A stretch of DNA of 64,000 nucleotides from Botryllus schlosseri (Eukaryota). Positions 41,846 to 53,548 of the stretch are shown here, in pieces. The notes under the pieces were generated by a model, which was not told where the DNA came from, did not search any database, and worked only from the letters and a program-made list of their open reading frames with translations. The stretch lies in the NCBI GenBank assembly GCA_051294905.1, contig CM119372.1:16308001-16372000 (forward strand), given 5' to 3'. Made by a program: the position numbers and the translations under genes. Each line of letters starts with the position of its first letter. Within the stretch, counting starts at the first letter, position 1.

Positions 41846-42311
41846 TAGGGTTACCATGCGTCCATTTTTAGGAGGATTTGTTCTTTTTGAGGTTTTTGAA
41901 AATGTCCTCCGAGGACGCCTAAATGTCCTCCTTTTTGGCAATTCGTCCTCCTTTACAGCTTTTAGAGCGAAGATAGTGGGTAGATTTGAGTGAAAATGGG
42001 CATAAATGACGCTAAATAGGAAAATCGTTGTTCGAACGAAAGTGACGACCTTTTTGTTAGTCCATCAACGTAAAATGTGAAAGAATAACTGTATTTCTGG
42101 AGTTTAGCTGGATAGTTGACCTTTATTTTTCGTCAACCAACGGACAATGTGAAAGAAAAAGTGTATTTATGGAGTTGAGCTAGATAGTTGACTTTTTTTT
42201 AGTCAACCGACCCCGAAGTGTTGAAATTTTACCATTTTTTCTGGATTTTGCTCCTGTATTCTAATTTTGAAAAGTGTCCTCCTTTCCCGATTCCAAAATA
42301 TGGTAACCCTA
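41846..42311. mobile_element. hAT MITE family E (reverse orientation relative to 14238-14657)
   Basis: TIR TAGGGTTACCAT / ATGGTAACCCTA. TSD CTAAATAG/CTACATGG (6/8). Confidence 0.85.
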
Positions 42312-42523
42312 CTACATGGTGCATGGTGCGTGGAGTCTTGTGGTGTCAAAATGTGTTCCGATGGAGGCAACCTTAGTTTCTAGTTGCCTCTCGGTATGCA
42401 AACGTAACTGATTTTACGTCACGCGTACGCTGGGTTCTTCGCGGTATAGTCCTTGGCAATTGCAATGCTGTATCTATTTGGTGGAGATATTGCAAATTAA
42501 GCCATCGTGACATTTGTCTAGAT

Positions 42524-42994
42524 TGGTGGTCACCAACGCGGTGGCCGTGAGGACCGCTTGGTCTCCCGTGGTGGCAGTAGCAAATATTAAAATATGAGCT
42601 TTTAAGTTCGAAATGAAGAAGGGTTACATGTCAGCAGCAGTTGAACAAGGGTCAAGCGACCTTAATGAACATGCGAACGCAGTTTTCGAATCGCGTTCAT
42701 TGCTGGTCTTCGCCAAGCGGAGTTCGAAAGGAAATCTGGTTAATATTCCCGAGCTTCGCCGCGGAGATTGGCGCTTCGGCACCAAGTGCAACAACGAAGC
42801 TGAACTCGGAGGCGACGGCATGAGTCCTAGGTATAGAGTTCACTTTCCTTGGCAATGAGAGGAAGACCCGACCATTGCGACTAGGTGAAGAAATTCAATT
42901 GCATGCGGGTTAACGGCAGCAGTAATTGGTAGCCCTTTGCATTGATCAGTACCTATGAAGTAGCTCTTTGTTTCAAAGAGTTTGGTGACCCCTA
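42524..42994. mobile_element. Degenerate Charlie-like hAT MITE enclosing a 28S rRNA fragment
   Basis: Left end TGGTGGTCACCAACGCGGTGG after GTCTAGAT. Right end GTAGCTCTTTGTTTCAAAGAGTTTGGTGACCCCTA. TSD only 5/8. Confidence 0.6.
42569..42851 (+). pseudogene. Degenerate 28S (LSU) rRNA fragment
   Basis: Matches conserved eukaryotic LSU stretches in the correct order: TGGTGGCAGTAGCAAATATT, GAAGGGTTACATGT..CAGCAGTTGAACA.GGGTCA, CGAAAGGAAATCTGGTTAATATTCCCGA, GAACTCGGAG, AGAGTTCACTTTCCTTG. Many substitutions. Confidence 0.85.
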
Positions 42995-43409
42995 TCCAAG
43001 ATCGTTAAGCTGTGAGCAAATGAGCTCCCTCTCAACGCAAGATTTAAAGCATTCCTGCGACAGCCAGACATAAAACAGACAAATACAACAAGAGGCATCA
43101 CTACTAGAGATGTTACAGGAGGCAGTAAATGCATAGAACAAGGCTGCTGCGCTACTTCAAGCAAACGTAAGTAGTATCTATAAATGCATTCTTTCAGTCA
43201 CACATACGCTACCATGAAAATCAATCCACAAAGCAGCAAGAACATCAAAACCGACAAGTCAAAATTCATGTCACAAAATCGCGGACAACCGCACTACCGC
43301 ATCCCATTAACGTTAGACTAACCCTAACCTAACAACAAAGCACCAACGCCATACTATCATACCGATAGAGCCATAATATCCCTACTCAGTGACTGACTTG
43401 CTCTATACA

Positions 43410-44808
43410 CAGGGCCGTAACTGCCACACCCCAAACCCCCCAATTGGGGGGGGGACGAGCTCGAAAGGGGGCCCCAAATTTTTTGGTGAATTAGCATAAA
43501 TTATAGAGTATTTTTTTGAAACTTTATGCAACTTTTTCAAAACATTTTCGCGCCGTGCGCGATTTCAAGTTGCCAAATGTTATGATTCTTGGGTACTCTT
43601 CCCCCAAGGAAAAATACGCAAGATTTGTAGAAATGGGCATATCGGTGTTGGCCATTACCGCGCCACGACCACGACGCACCAAGACGTATACAGTTTTAGG
43701 CCATGTTACACGCGACTCCAAGGAGTGTGCCAGAACGATCGGCAGCGAGAAACCTTGGCCGAAAAGGACTGCCCTTGTGGTGACCGAAAACTTCGTTATA
43801 TATACGAAATACATATACAATGACTGGCGCCGAATGTTCCTGTCTTGGTAATCTGAACCTCACAAGACAAATACCATCCCGCACGGAAAAATTAGATGCC
43901 AGAAGAAATACCAATTTGAAATCGTGTGATCTATTAGTTTAGTACGTTTGGGCGATCCTATATTTTTTGATATAGCAGACAGGAGGTCACGAAATAACAT
44001 CATGTAACGAAGTCATACCAACGAGTCCGCCCGTCAGGAGATGTATAATTATTATTTACGGGCTCTACAGTTTCAAAGACACCTCACTCAGCTCTACCGG
44101 TAAATCTGATTACGTGAGTAGAGAGGACAAGAAATTGATAGCAATATATATCAATTCCCGATCTTATTGACCGATTTTATCACGAATTATCAAAAAACAG
44201 TACAACTGTAATTTCGTGGCAAAAGCGAACAACGTGATTGGGAGGGGGGTCGATTTATCACCCTATGGGAGCACAAGACTCAAGTTTTTGGGGGGCCTGA
44301 CGAAGTGCTGTTTCGTACCTGCCAACGGGTATACACCCGAAGATGTTCAATTATTATTGAGGGGTCCTACCTTTTCAAGCACATCTTACTTAGCTCTACC
44401 CGTAAATCAGATTACGGAAGCAGAGAGAGGATAAAAATTGATAGCAATATATAAGCAATACCGATCATATTGACCGATTCAGTCCTGAATTATAGAAATT
44501 TTTCGCGCTTCGCGCGATTTAGCGGACAAAGCTGACTCACTAAACGGACACCCAATGTATAAACAGCGTCATATTTACCGATTCAGTCATGAATTATACA
44601 AATTTCTCGCGCTTCGCGCCATTAGGCAAGCAAAGCAGACTCACTACACGGATATCCAATGAAGAAACAGCGTATATCCAATGTAAACAGCGTATAGTCG
44701 GAGGGGGGTCTGGGGGGAGAAGGCCCCCAGAAGTCCGGATTACCACCCTATGGGGGGCCCAAAACCAACGTTTTGGGTGGGGGCTGACGAAGTGCTGTTA
44801 CGGCCCTG
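43410..44808 (+). mobile_element. hAT element family A with a duplicated right end
   Basis: TIR CAGGGCCGTAAC / GTTACGGCCCTG. Perfect TSD TCTATACA. An internal second right end lies at about 44290-44321. Confidence 0.9.
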
Positions 44809-44971
44809 TCTATACAGGAAACAAGCGCCAAATCTTCTTTCAGTAAACAACAACAACAACACACTTGCTCACATCAGTACCGTCAGTGAAACGGTCATTC
44901 CGAAATGAATCGATCCGCCAAGTCTTAAACCTTTACGTTCTGCTGAGACTGGACAAGGCACATGGTTAAAC

Positions 44972-45557
44972 CATAGTGTCCTATATGGTGTCGACACGAG
45001 CAAATCTCACGCCTCGGTGAAATTGATTCACGTCACAATTTCCATTTGACTACAGGCAATTTGACGGTCATTTTTGACCGGCTTGCCGAGCATTAAATTT
45101 GGTAAAACGGGTATCAATCGAAAGCAGACTCTGCACTGATTACGAAAATATAAATTTTATTTCGCTCGTGGCCCTGGAACTCCCACAATCAGCTTCGAAT
45201 TTTTCATTGTTATGGAGATTGGCATTGGGACGCAACAAGGCTGTCTGGCGAAACGAGAGAGTAGCTCAAGAGCAAAAGAGCCAGACAGCATTGTTGCGTC
45301 CCAATGCCAATCTCCATAACAATCAAAAATTAGAGGCTGATTGTGGGGGTTCCAGGGCCACGAGTGGAATAAAATTTATATTTTCTTAATCAGTGCGGAG
45401 TCAGCTTTCGATTGATACCCGTTTTACCAAATTTAATGCTCGGCAAGCCGGTCAAAAATGACCGTCAAATTGCCTGTAGCCAAATGGAAATTGTGACGTG
45501 AATCAATTTCACTGAGGCGTGAGATTTGCTTGTGTCGACACCATATAGGACACTATG
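44972..45557. mobile_element. Foldback element with CATAG termini and 7-bp TSD (P/Galileo-superfamily-like)
   Basis: Arms 44972-45249 and 45280-45557 are near-perfect inverted copies around a 30-nt spacer. Flanks GTTAAAC / GTTGAAC. Confidence 0.8.
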
Positions 45558-45654
45558 GTTGAACACAATATACAGCGACACATGATCACGGGGATAAATT
45601 AGCTTTGGGAAATATGAGCATGATCAATTGACACCTGGACAAGTGGGCATGCGC

Positions 45655-45688
45655 GCATTCCGATCCGACCTTCGTCGAGTGAGGACGT
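45655..45688 (+). promoter_or_regulatory. Putative internal Pol II promoter of the LINE (Inr-like GCATTC plus DPE-like GGACGT)
   Basis: GCATTC at 45655-45660 at the element's 5' end and GGACGT at 45683-45688 (about +27 to +32). Inr/DPE internal promoters are known for I/jockey LINEs. Confidence 0.45.
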
Positions 45689-45888
45689 CTCGAGGTAGCT
45701 CTGATTAATGCACGGGGTTTGCGCTCGACTTGAAGAATCAACGGTGAGATCGTTTCATTGTACTATAGTCTAGTACGCAGTGTAGTGTAGAACAGTGCTA
45801 TTCATACAGGTGTTACGTATAACGGATAGATAGGTCAATATACATAGTGGGTTAAAGAAGTAGCTCCCTCTCTACCACAGCGTGGTAG

Positions 45889-48331
45889 ATGGAGGGGATA
45901 CAACATACCAAGGCGCCGGTAAAGCGTAAAACGACTGATCCTATATCATCGGATAGTGACGAGCCTAGCAATGGCGTTAGTAACCGGCTTAAACAGAGTG
46001 GGAACAAAATCTCCGCTCGAAATTATGCAGTAGCGGACCAAAGTTCTGTATTACACACTACTACTACTAATGTTAATGAAAATATTGTTTGTTCTCCTAC
46101 GTCTGGGAGTTTATCCCGACCTCCTGCAAACACAGTTTCTCCGCCAGCGGCACAAACCAGTATTGTTTCCGATAACAATGAAAATAACATAGATAGGAAA
46201 GTGGTGATTTCAGGACAACAAAGGTCTATTCTGCGCTATCACCCAACAGTTGTAAACAGGGCGTTGTCCGCGTTGGTCACCAATTATCAAGACATCAAAC
46301 CTCTTCACAAATCCGGTAGGGGAGATGTGGTACCGATGGATCAAAAATCGCAAAATGATCTCTGGCCCTCAAGTCTTCATCCGGGAATAGCAGATCTTTT
46401 ACTGTCACAACACTTCGATACAAGCTCTACCTATCGCGGACATTTACATGAATATCCGTCTTTTCAAAAAATATTTATGAACGTTTAAAATTTGTTGCTC
46501 GAATGTGTCATTGGTCCCCACCCGGTGGGTCCCAAGGCACACGACCATGGGACCAATGAGACATACGCTGAAAAACTCAAATTTGTTAACTTGTTTTGTT
46601 GTGTACTATAAGCTAAGCTACAGCAAGCCAATGAAGAATGTTTTGTCGCGACCTTTAAGAATAAAATTGATTATATCAACTCAAATGTTGGCGTAAAATC
46701 ATGTTTTGATTTACGCCTAAATTAATGCCACATACATATTACCCGCAAATCGACATTTTGACTTTCAAATACCTCGTAATAGCGATAAAACACCACAGGT
46801 AACTATAATTTACAGCCTATATATATGTAGGCGAGTTTCTGTTGCTAAGTGATTAGTTGGTCCATCTATTTTGCTTGATTTGGCTATGGTACCATAGGTC
46901 CCCCACCCCATAAATATTGTAATTGACTTGAAAATAGTCCACTCGAGGATGGTATTGATTCAAAAAATATGTGCCATTATATACCCTGATACAAGCCCTA
47001 TACTTCACATCAAAAATTATGGCGGGTTTGTCAGTCTGAAAGGTGATATAGAAAAATGAAAAGGTCGATCCAAATTTACTTTAGACCCCCTAAAACGTAA
47101 ATCATTCGTCACAGACCCCATAACTCACGCGGGTCGATTTTTTTTGCATGTGAGGAAAGATTCTGTCAGCATGTAATTGTAGACAAATTCCCGGAGTGTA
47201 ATCAAGGAATTATCATGGAGAATTTTTCAAGTATTTTCGGTCCCAGTGATCCATCGGTACCACATCTCCCCTACTCTGCTCATCACCTGTCACAATCACA
47301 AGCAGGTTACGCAGTTGTTGTCATGCGGTAGTCTAAGCGACCCTGTGACGCATACCGATATCCCAATCGAAACGTCGAAATTCACACCAAGGCCGTTCGC
47401 CAGCTGAGCTGTTATTACGGGTGTTCCATTAGACGTAACGGACGCTGAGTTATTGGACAGCTTCGCCACCTATCATGTAACTTATGCCAAGCGACTCAAG
47501 AAGAGAAGGCTAGAAGACGGAGTCTCCGACAGTCTCTCGGTGTTACTTTGTTTTAGTACAAGGGAAGTGCCAGAATTCATTTCATTCGGATATCTTCGCT
47601 TTAGGACAAAACATTATAATCCACCCCTGACTAGGTGCTTTAAATGTAACCGCTTCGGTCACACCGCGAATTCGTGCCGCGGTAAACTTACTTGCGCGAA
47701 ATGCAGCAGTCGTGACCACGAATACAAGGATTGCCCTAACGTGAAAAAATGCGTTAATTGTAACCAACCGCATAGCGCAGGGTATGGAGGATGCCCTGTC
47801 TACAAAGAGGAAGCTAAAATTCAAATTGTTAAAAAACGCACAAACGTGTCTTTCACAGAGGCGAAGGAAATCGTACGATCTCGAACCCCTGAAACCTCTC
47901 AGACCACCTCAGCTAAGACACTGTATTCCGAAGTACATCATCGTCGTAAAACTACAGCCCGGTCTTCAACAAACAATAAGAAACCAAGTTACTATGCTTC
48001 ACCTGCCCCAAACGACGGCGATCTTAGATATCTGTCAAACTCAACTGTCGTCCCCAGCCAAATTAGTGAAGATCGACAGAATCTAACCACACCCATGTCC
48101 AGCTTGAATATCAACCCAATACAGCTGTTGGCGCTTGTTGCGGAGGTTGTGCAGCTAACGGTATCTGCATACAAAACTGGAAACAGCAACATCTTCGACA
48201 TCGTGGCGAAGGCATCGAGTAAATACTTCGGCTACTCTGTTGAATCCGATCTATTGCAGCAAGCATCAAACACATCAGATCCCTCCGTCGATAAATCTTC
48301 TCCGGTCTCGCAAGGCAGCAAAGTTCAATAG
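45889..48331 (+). pseudogene. LINE ORF1 (gag-like nucleic-acid-binding protein), interrupted
   Basis: Removing 46319-47273 restores the frame HKSG|TLLITC. One in-frame TGA at 47405-47407. Knuckles CFKCNRFGHTANSC, CAKCSSRDHEYKDC, CVNCNQPHSAGYGGC. Confidence 0.9.
46319..47271. mobile_element. TA-targeting non-autonomous DNA transposon (Tc1/mariner-pogo-like) inserted in LINE ORF1
   Basis: Perfect 25-bp TIR GGGGAGATGTGGTACCGATGGATCA. TA at 46317-46318 and 47272-47273. Confidence 0.92.
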
Positions 48332-51300
48332 AACACTCTCTCTTCTCCAATGGAACTGTCGCGGCATATATAGGAAATTGAACGAGTTCAAACAATTTGT
48401 ATCCACCCTAACCATTAAACCGGATGTTATACTTATTCAAGAGACGCACCTCATCGCGAAATACTCCCCGAAGCTACGGGGATACCATCTGCATCGACGA
48501 GACAAGACATTACACTCCGGTGGCCTCGCCACATTTGTGCACGAGTCATTGTCATCCTCGGTTTGCAATGGTTTTCAGTCGACGTGTTTTGAAATGTTAT
48601 GCGTCAACGTTAGCGGAATCAACATTTGCAACGTTTATATGGCCCCCGACGTTGTTATCGGCAGCAACGATCTTGCATGCCTACGTCACTTTTCTTCTCG
48701 GTCATTCATTTGCGGCGATTTCAATGCCCACCACTTACAGTGGAGTCACTGCTCGAACGCCAGAGGCAAAGCGATCTACGATTCTCTCGACCAACACAAC
48801 CTGGTTTTGCTGAACTCATCCCAGCCCACTCGTTTGAACATCTCCACAACAGCAGTAAACAGGTGGTCTCTTTTGGACTTGACCGTAGCCTCTTGTGATA
48901 TTGCCGCGCGATGTAACACTTCCCGTTTCCGACACCCTCATAGGAAGCGACCATTTTGTTATCTTTACAACAATCAATAATAGAATAACTCGTTCCTCGC
49001 CTAGACCCCAGAAGTGGTTGCTTGGAAAAGCTGATTGGGAGAGGTTCTCAATATGTGTGGACGATTCGCTATCGAGTGTACCCGAGAATGATGTGGAAAC
49101 ATTACATTCCACTTTTGTCGACGCTTTGAAGCGAGCAGCCACCGAAACCATTCCGCGCTCCAAATCCACAGACAAGATCCCAGTACCGTGGTGGACACCG
49201 GAATGCGCTCGAGCCATCCGCCGCAAAAGAGCAGCCTTCAAAATGATGAAACGTAGTTTCGCCACTCGTGACGTCATAGAATATAACAAACGCCGCTCCG
49301 AATGCCGCCGAACTATATTGCGATCAAAACGCTCAAGTTGGGAACGTTTCTGCGATACCCTCAACAGTCATTCGGGAATGGCGAAGGTCTGGAAAACGAT
49401 TGGTTCGATTTCGGGTAAATACAGCTCCATGTCTATACCATCTCTTATCTCGGATAACAGTAACGCCATCGGCGACTTGAGCAAGGCAAATATGCTGGCA
49501 TCGACTTTCGCTACCGTTAGCAGCTCCGAAAACTACGATCCTGACTTCCTGCTCACGAAAACCGATTTCGAAAAATCACACCCAATCAGCGACATGGTTA
49601 ATGAAAATAATCCAAATAGTCCTCTCGATAAACCATTTACACTACAAGAATTTATTGTTGCATTACGGTCACGCAAAAGCACGGCACCCGGAGATGACTC
49701 CATTTGCTATGCAACGATCAAACGCCTATCATCCGCTGCGGTTGTCAAGCTTCTTGCCCTTATAAATAGCTCTTGGGGAACAGGATGCGTTCCGGGGGCC
49801 TGGAAGCACTCCATCGTCATCCCAATCTTGAAAACAGGCAAGGAGTCGACTAGACCGGAGTTCTATCGCCCCATCTCGCTCACAAGTTATATATGTAAAA
49901 TTATGGAAACTATGGTCACGAACAGATTGCGATGGTACTTGGAATCCAAGAATCTGCTAAATAGATGTCAATCGGGTTTTCGCCATGGTCGCAGCACGCT
50001 CGACCATATTCTGAGAGTCCATGATACTGTTTATAAAGCGCTACATAATAAAAGGTCGGTGGCGGCAGTTTTTCTTGATATAGAACGGGCATACGACATG
50101 GTTTGGCGAACTGGCCTCATCCACAAGCTGTCACAAATGGGGGTAAAAGGAAACATGCTTAGGTGGATCTCAGATTTTCTAAAAAACATAACCTTCCAAG
50201 TCCGCGTGGGTAGCTCGTTGTCGCGATATCACATTCTAGAAAATGGTTTACCCCAAGGTGGCGTTATTTCGCCATTAGGCCTACTCTTCTCCGTGATGAT
50301 TAATGACCTTCCTACAGTTATCCAGTGTGAGCATGCATTATTCGCGGACGATTGCGCTATATGGGAAAGTGGATTATCCGTGGAATCCAACATCTCTGCG
50401 GTCCAGTTAGCCCTAACATCGATTCAACTGTGGTGTAAACAGTGGGGTTTCAAAATATCGCACACGAAATCAGTGGCGATGCTATTCACAAGAAAGCGAT
50501 CACTGCCATCCGTGTCTCTACGTATCGGTGGAACGCAACTCAGCTTTGTAGACAATTTTAAATATCTTGGTGTTGTTTTCGATAAATTGTTATCATATAA
50601 ATGCCATATAGAGTATCTCGAGAAAAAATGTAGCAACAGATTGAACGTTTTGCGTCTTCTGACTGGAACCTCGTGGGGCGCTGGCAAGAGTTCGCTACTG
50701 ATAATCTATAGGACAATGATACGATCACTTACAGATTATGGAATGCCAGCATACTTCTTCGCCCCGAAATCCCACCTGGTGAAGGTGGAGAAAATCCAAA
50801 ACAAGGCCCTTCGAATTATTTGCGGAGCTATGCATAGTACACCGATTTGCGCATTGCAGGCATCCTGTTGCGAAATGCCTCCCCACATTCGCCATAGGTA
50901 CCTAAGCCTAAACTACCGATGTCTTCTGCTTATTCATCCAGCGAGCAGCCACTCATCTCGGCACATTATCGAAGACTCGTGGCATGAAATATATCGTGTT
51001 ATTAATCCGAGATTCAATACTTTTAACACGCTAACGAAGTCAGCTTGTTTTGAAAACATGACGATCGAGCGATTCGATTCCCCTTCCCCTCCGTGGGATT
51101 TACCGATTCCATGCGTTGATATCGACCTATCTAGGTAAGTCTCGAAACAGGATGTACCCCAGTACATCAAATGTAGATGTCTAGACTTTATCTTTGAAAG
51201 ATTCGGCGAACACGTCCATATATTGACTGATGGTTCAAAGACTGAATATGGTGCTGGACTTGGGGTCTTCATCCCAGAATATTCGTATTGCTATAATCGG

Positions 51301-52071
51301 CCTTGCCCGACTATATCTTCCTCATTCTCAACGGAATTGAAAGCTATAGTCTTCGCGCTGATGTGGATATTACAACAGAGCAGTTCCACAAATCGACGCT
51401 ATGTGATCTTTTCCGACTGCCTGGCGACCCTGAGGGCGTTGTCATCCCCGCATACCCGTAAGCCGCATAAGGAAATATCGCTCTCATTTGATATTCTTTC
51501 ACAGATAAAGACCATGGGTGGCATGGTAACATTTGCCTGGATACCAGGTCACGCCGGAATAGACGGCAACGAGAAGGCTGACCAACTAGCTCGGGCTGCA
51601 TCAAGTCAATCGCGGGAACCCGGTATCGATATCCCAACCGTAACATTATCAGAGGCAAAAGCGGTCACCCGTCAGCTCTGCAGAGTCCAATGGCAGGCCG
51701 AGTTCACTGCAGAGGAGAGAGGGCACCACTACCGGATGTTGCGACCATCTATAGCAACAGAGGCGCCAGATTCCTGCCGAAATCGCCTATGTGAAAAAAT
51801 CCTGTTTCGCCTCCAAACCGGTCACTGTCGCCTGGCGGCACACCTATTCAAAATAGGTTGCGCCGACTCCCCCCTTTGTAATGTGTGTTACGTCCCCGAC
51901 ACGGTTGACCACATACTCTTGCATTGCGAAAAATATGACTTTCACCGAACATTTCTTGCCGACGCATGTACTACGCTCAATTTACCGTTTACTTTAACCA
52001 ATTTACTTACTATGCCGCAATTATTTACGCCGGTCGCCGAGTTTATTATTTCATGTAACTTGTATATATAG
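48312..52071 (+). pseudogene. LINE ORF2: AP endonuclease, reverse transcriptase, RNase H, C-terminal CCHC
   Basis: Motifs LLQWNCRG, IQETHL, GDFNAH, GSDH (APE); YRPISL, FLDIERAYD, PQG, FADD (RT); TDGSK, FSDC, WIPGHAGIDGNEKAD (RNase H); CNVC...H....C. Frameshift near 48923 and premature TAA at 51136-51138. Start approximate. Confidence 0.93.
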
Positions 52072-53548
52072 TTTGAAAGTTTATATAGTTTGAAATTTAA
52101 CCCTATGTCCCAGAGCACGAAAACTAGATCCTTGATTACATATTTTGTCCGTGGTGCACAAGGCCGGAAACGGCGACACGCGCCACTTAAAACTCCTCAT
52201 TAATAATAATAATAATAAATGGGCATGCGTACCTTGAGCATTATTTAGTTCAAGTTGAAGTAGTAATCGACTAATCGTTTAAAAGACTGCCGTTTAACAA
52301 ATAAACTGAAATCATTCAAGCGGGAGTAACGCCGTTTTCGGTGTTCACTGTCCAGTGTCCACCTAGCCACTCCCACTCCATTTTTCAGACGTTTTTGCTG
52401 ACGCTGGTATTAAATTTGAATGTTTTCCAATACTGACATCTTGCGGATGTTAGGCGAATCATGGGAATAGACCGGATATCGTGGTCGTCCAGTACAGAAC
52501 ACGGGGACGGGCTAGAATATTATCGATTGAACGTTGAATTGAAGCAAGATAATTCTGCAATGATAGCACTTGTGGCTACCCTCGTAATCTTACATCGTAC
52601 TAAAATTAATGAGATACAACAGGTGCTTTATCCGTAAAATATAATCGTTCCGGGCTTGAGAAGGCTCGGGCTAATGGAAACTCGAACTTTCGTAAAACAT
52701 TCGTCGTTAGCTAAGATATATGGCATTACAGCAGGGTTGGGATTAAATCATTACCTTCGACTCATTTCAAATTTAGATTCGATTTCAGTCAAGTAATTTC
52801 AAATTTCCCAATTTTGACTCAAACGTATATAGGACGTATGGTCGTAACACTAAAATAAAGTCCATATATGGAAGAGCCATACATATATGTGCAATGTGCA
52901 TAGAGGAGGAATAATGTTGTAGCGTGTTAGTAATTTCGTCGAAATATCCGAGAAAAGAACAGCTTAAAACCATTCTTCTTATCACCATGCATTAGCATTC
53001 ATCTGGACCACGTATCTCCAACATCGATGCGGCATTCTGTGCGTATTCGAATTCAACAACCGAATTGTACAACATCGTAAAATATATCGTTATTTTATAA
53101 CTATCGACCATTATTTATCGGTACTCGTAAACCGCGCATCCATCCCCAGATAGGTTCTCTCATGTGCGATAAAAAGACATTCGACTGCGCGAAAGTTCAG
53201 CTACACTCACACGATAAATTTACGCATGGTTGCAATGATGTCATAATGCCATAGGGCTTGCCTAGCTATTTTGTCTGCTGCTGATGGAATTAACCATATC
53301 GAAAACTCAGGCTCTCTATTGCCACCTAGTTTGCGTATAGGAAGTGTCCGACAAACTACGAAGCGACAGACTGTGCTACAGGTTTAATAACCGGGCCACA
53401 AGAAGAAACCGGGAACTGGATATGTAGCCTCGATGAAGTCTCTCCGCAATAAATACAGCATACTTTATGGTACTATAGCCGCGTTGATGTTGAGTGTTAA
53501 CGCACGGTACGCGGATTTTAAAAACTAAATCGGATGTCGTTAAAATGT

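Larger units (their letters stand above)
45654..52219 (+). mobile_element. Full-length I-group (Nimb/Loa/I-like) non-LTR retrotransposon, inactivated
   Basis: TSD AAGTGGGCATGCG (45641-45653) / AAATGGGCATGCG (52217-52229). (TAA)6 tail at 52201-52218. ORF1 with three CCHC knuckles. ORF2 APE-RT-RNase H-CCHC. Confidence 0.95.

Noticed and set aside
42569..42851. Functional rRNA gene
   Set aside because: Only about 280 bp, with many substitutions at conserved positions and no flanking rDNA.
43312..43335. CTAACCCTAACCTAAC as a telomere
   Set aside because: Only 2-3 degenerate units. More likely a repeat-element remnant.
45889..46488. Stand-alone 199-aa gene
   Set aside because: It is the LINE ORF1 N-terminus reading into the inserted MITE.
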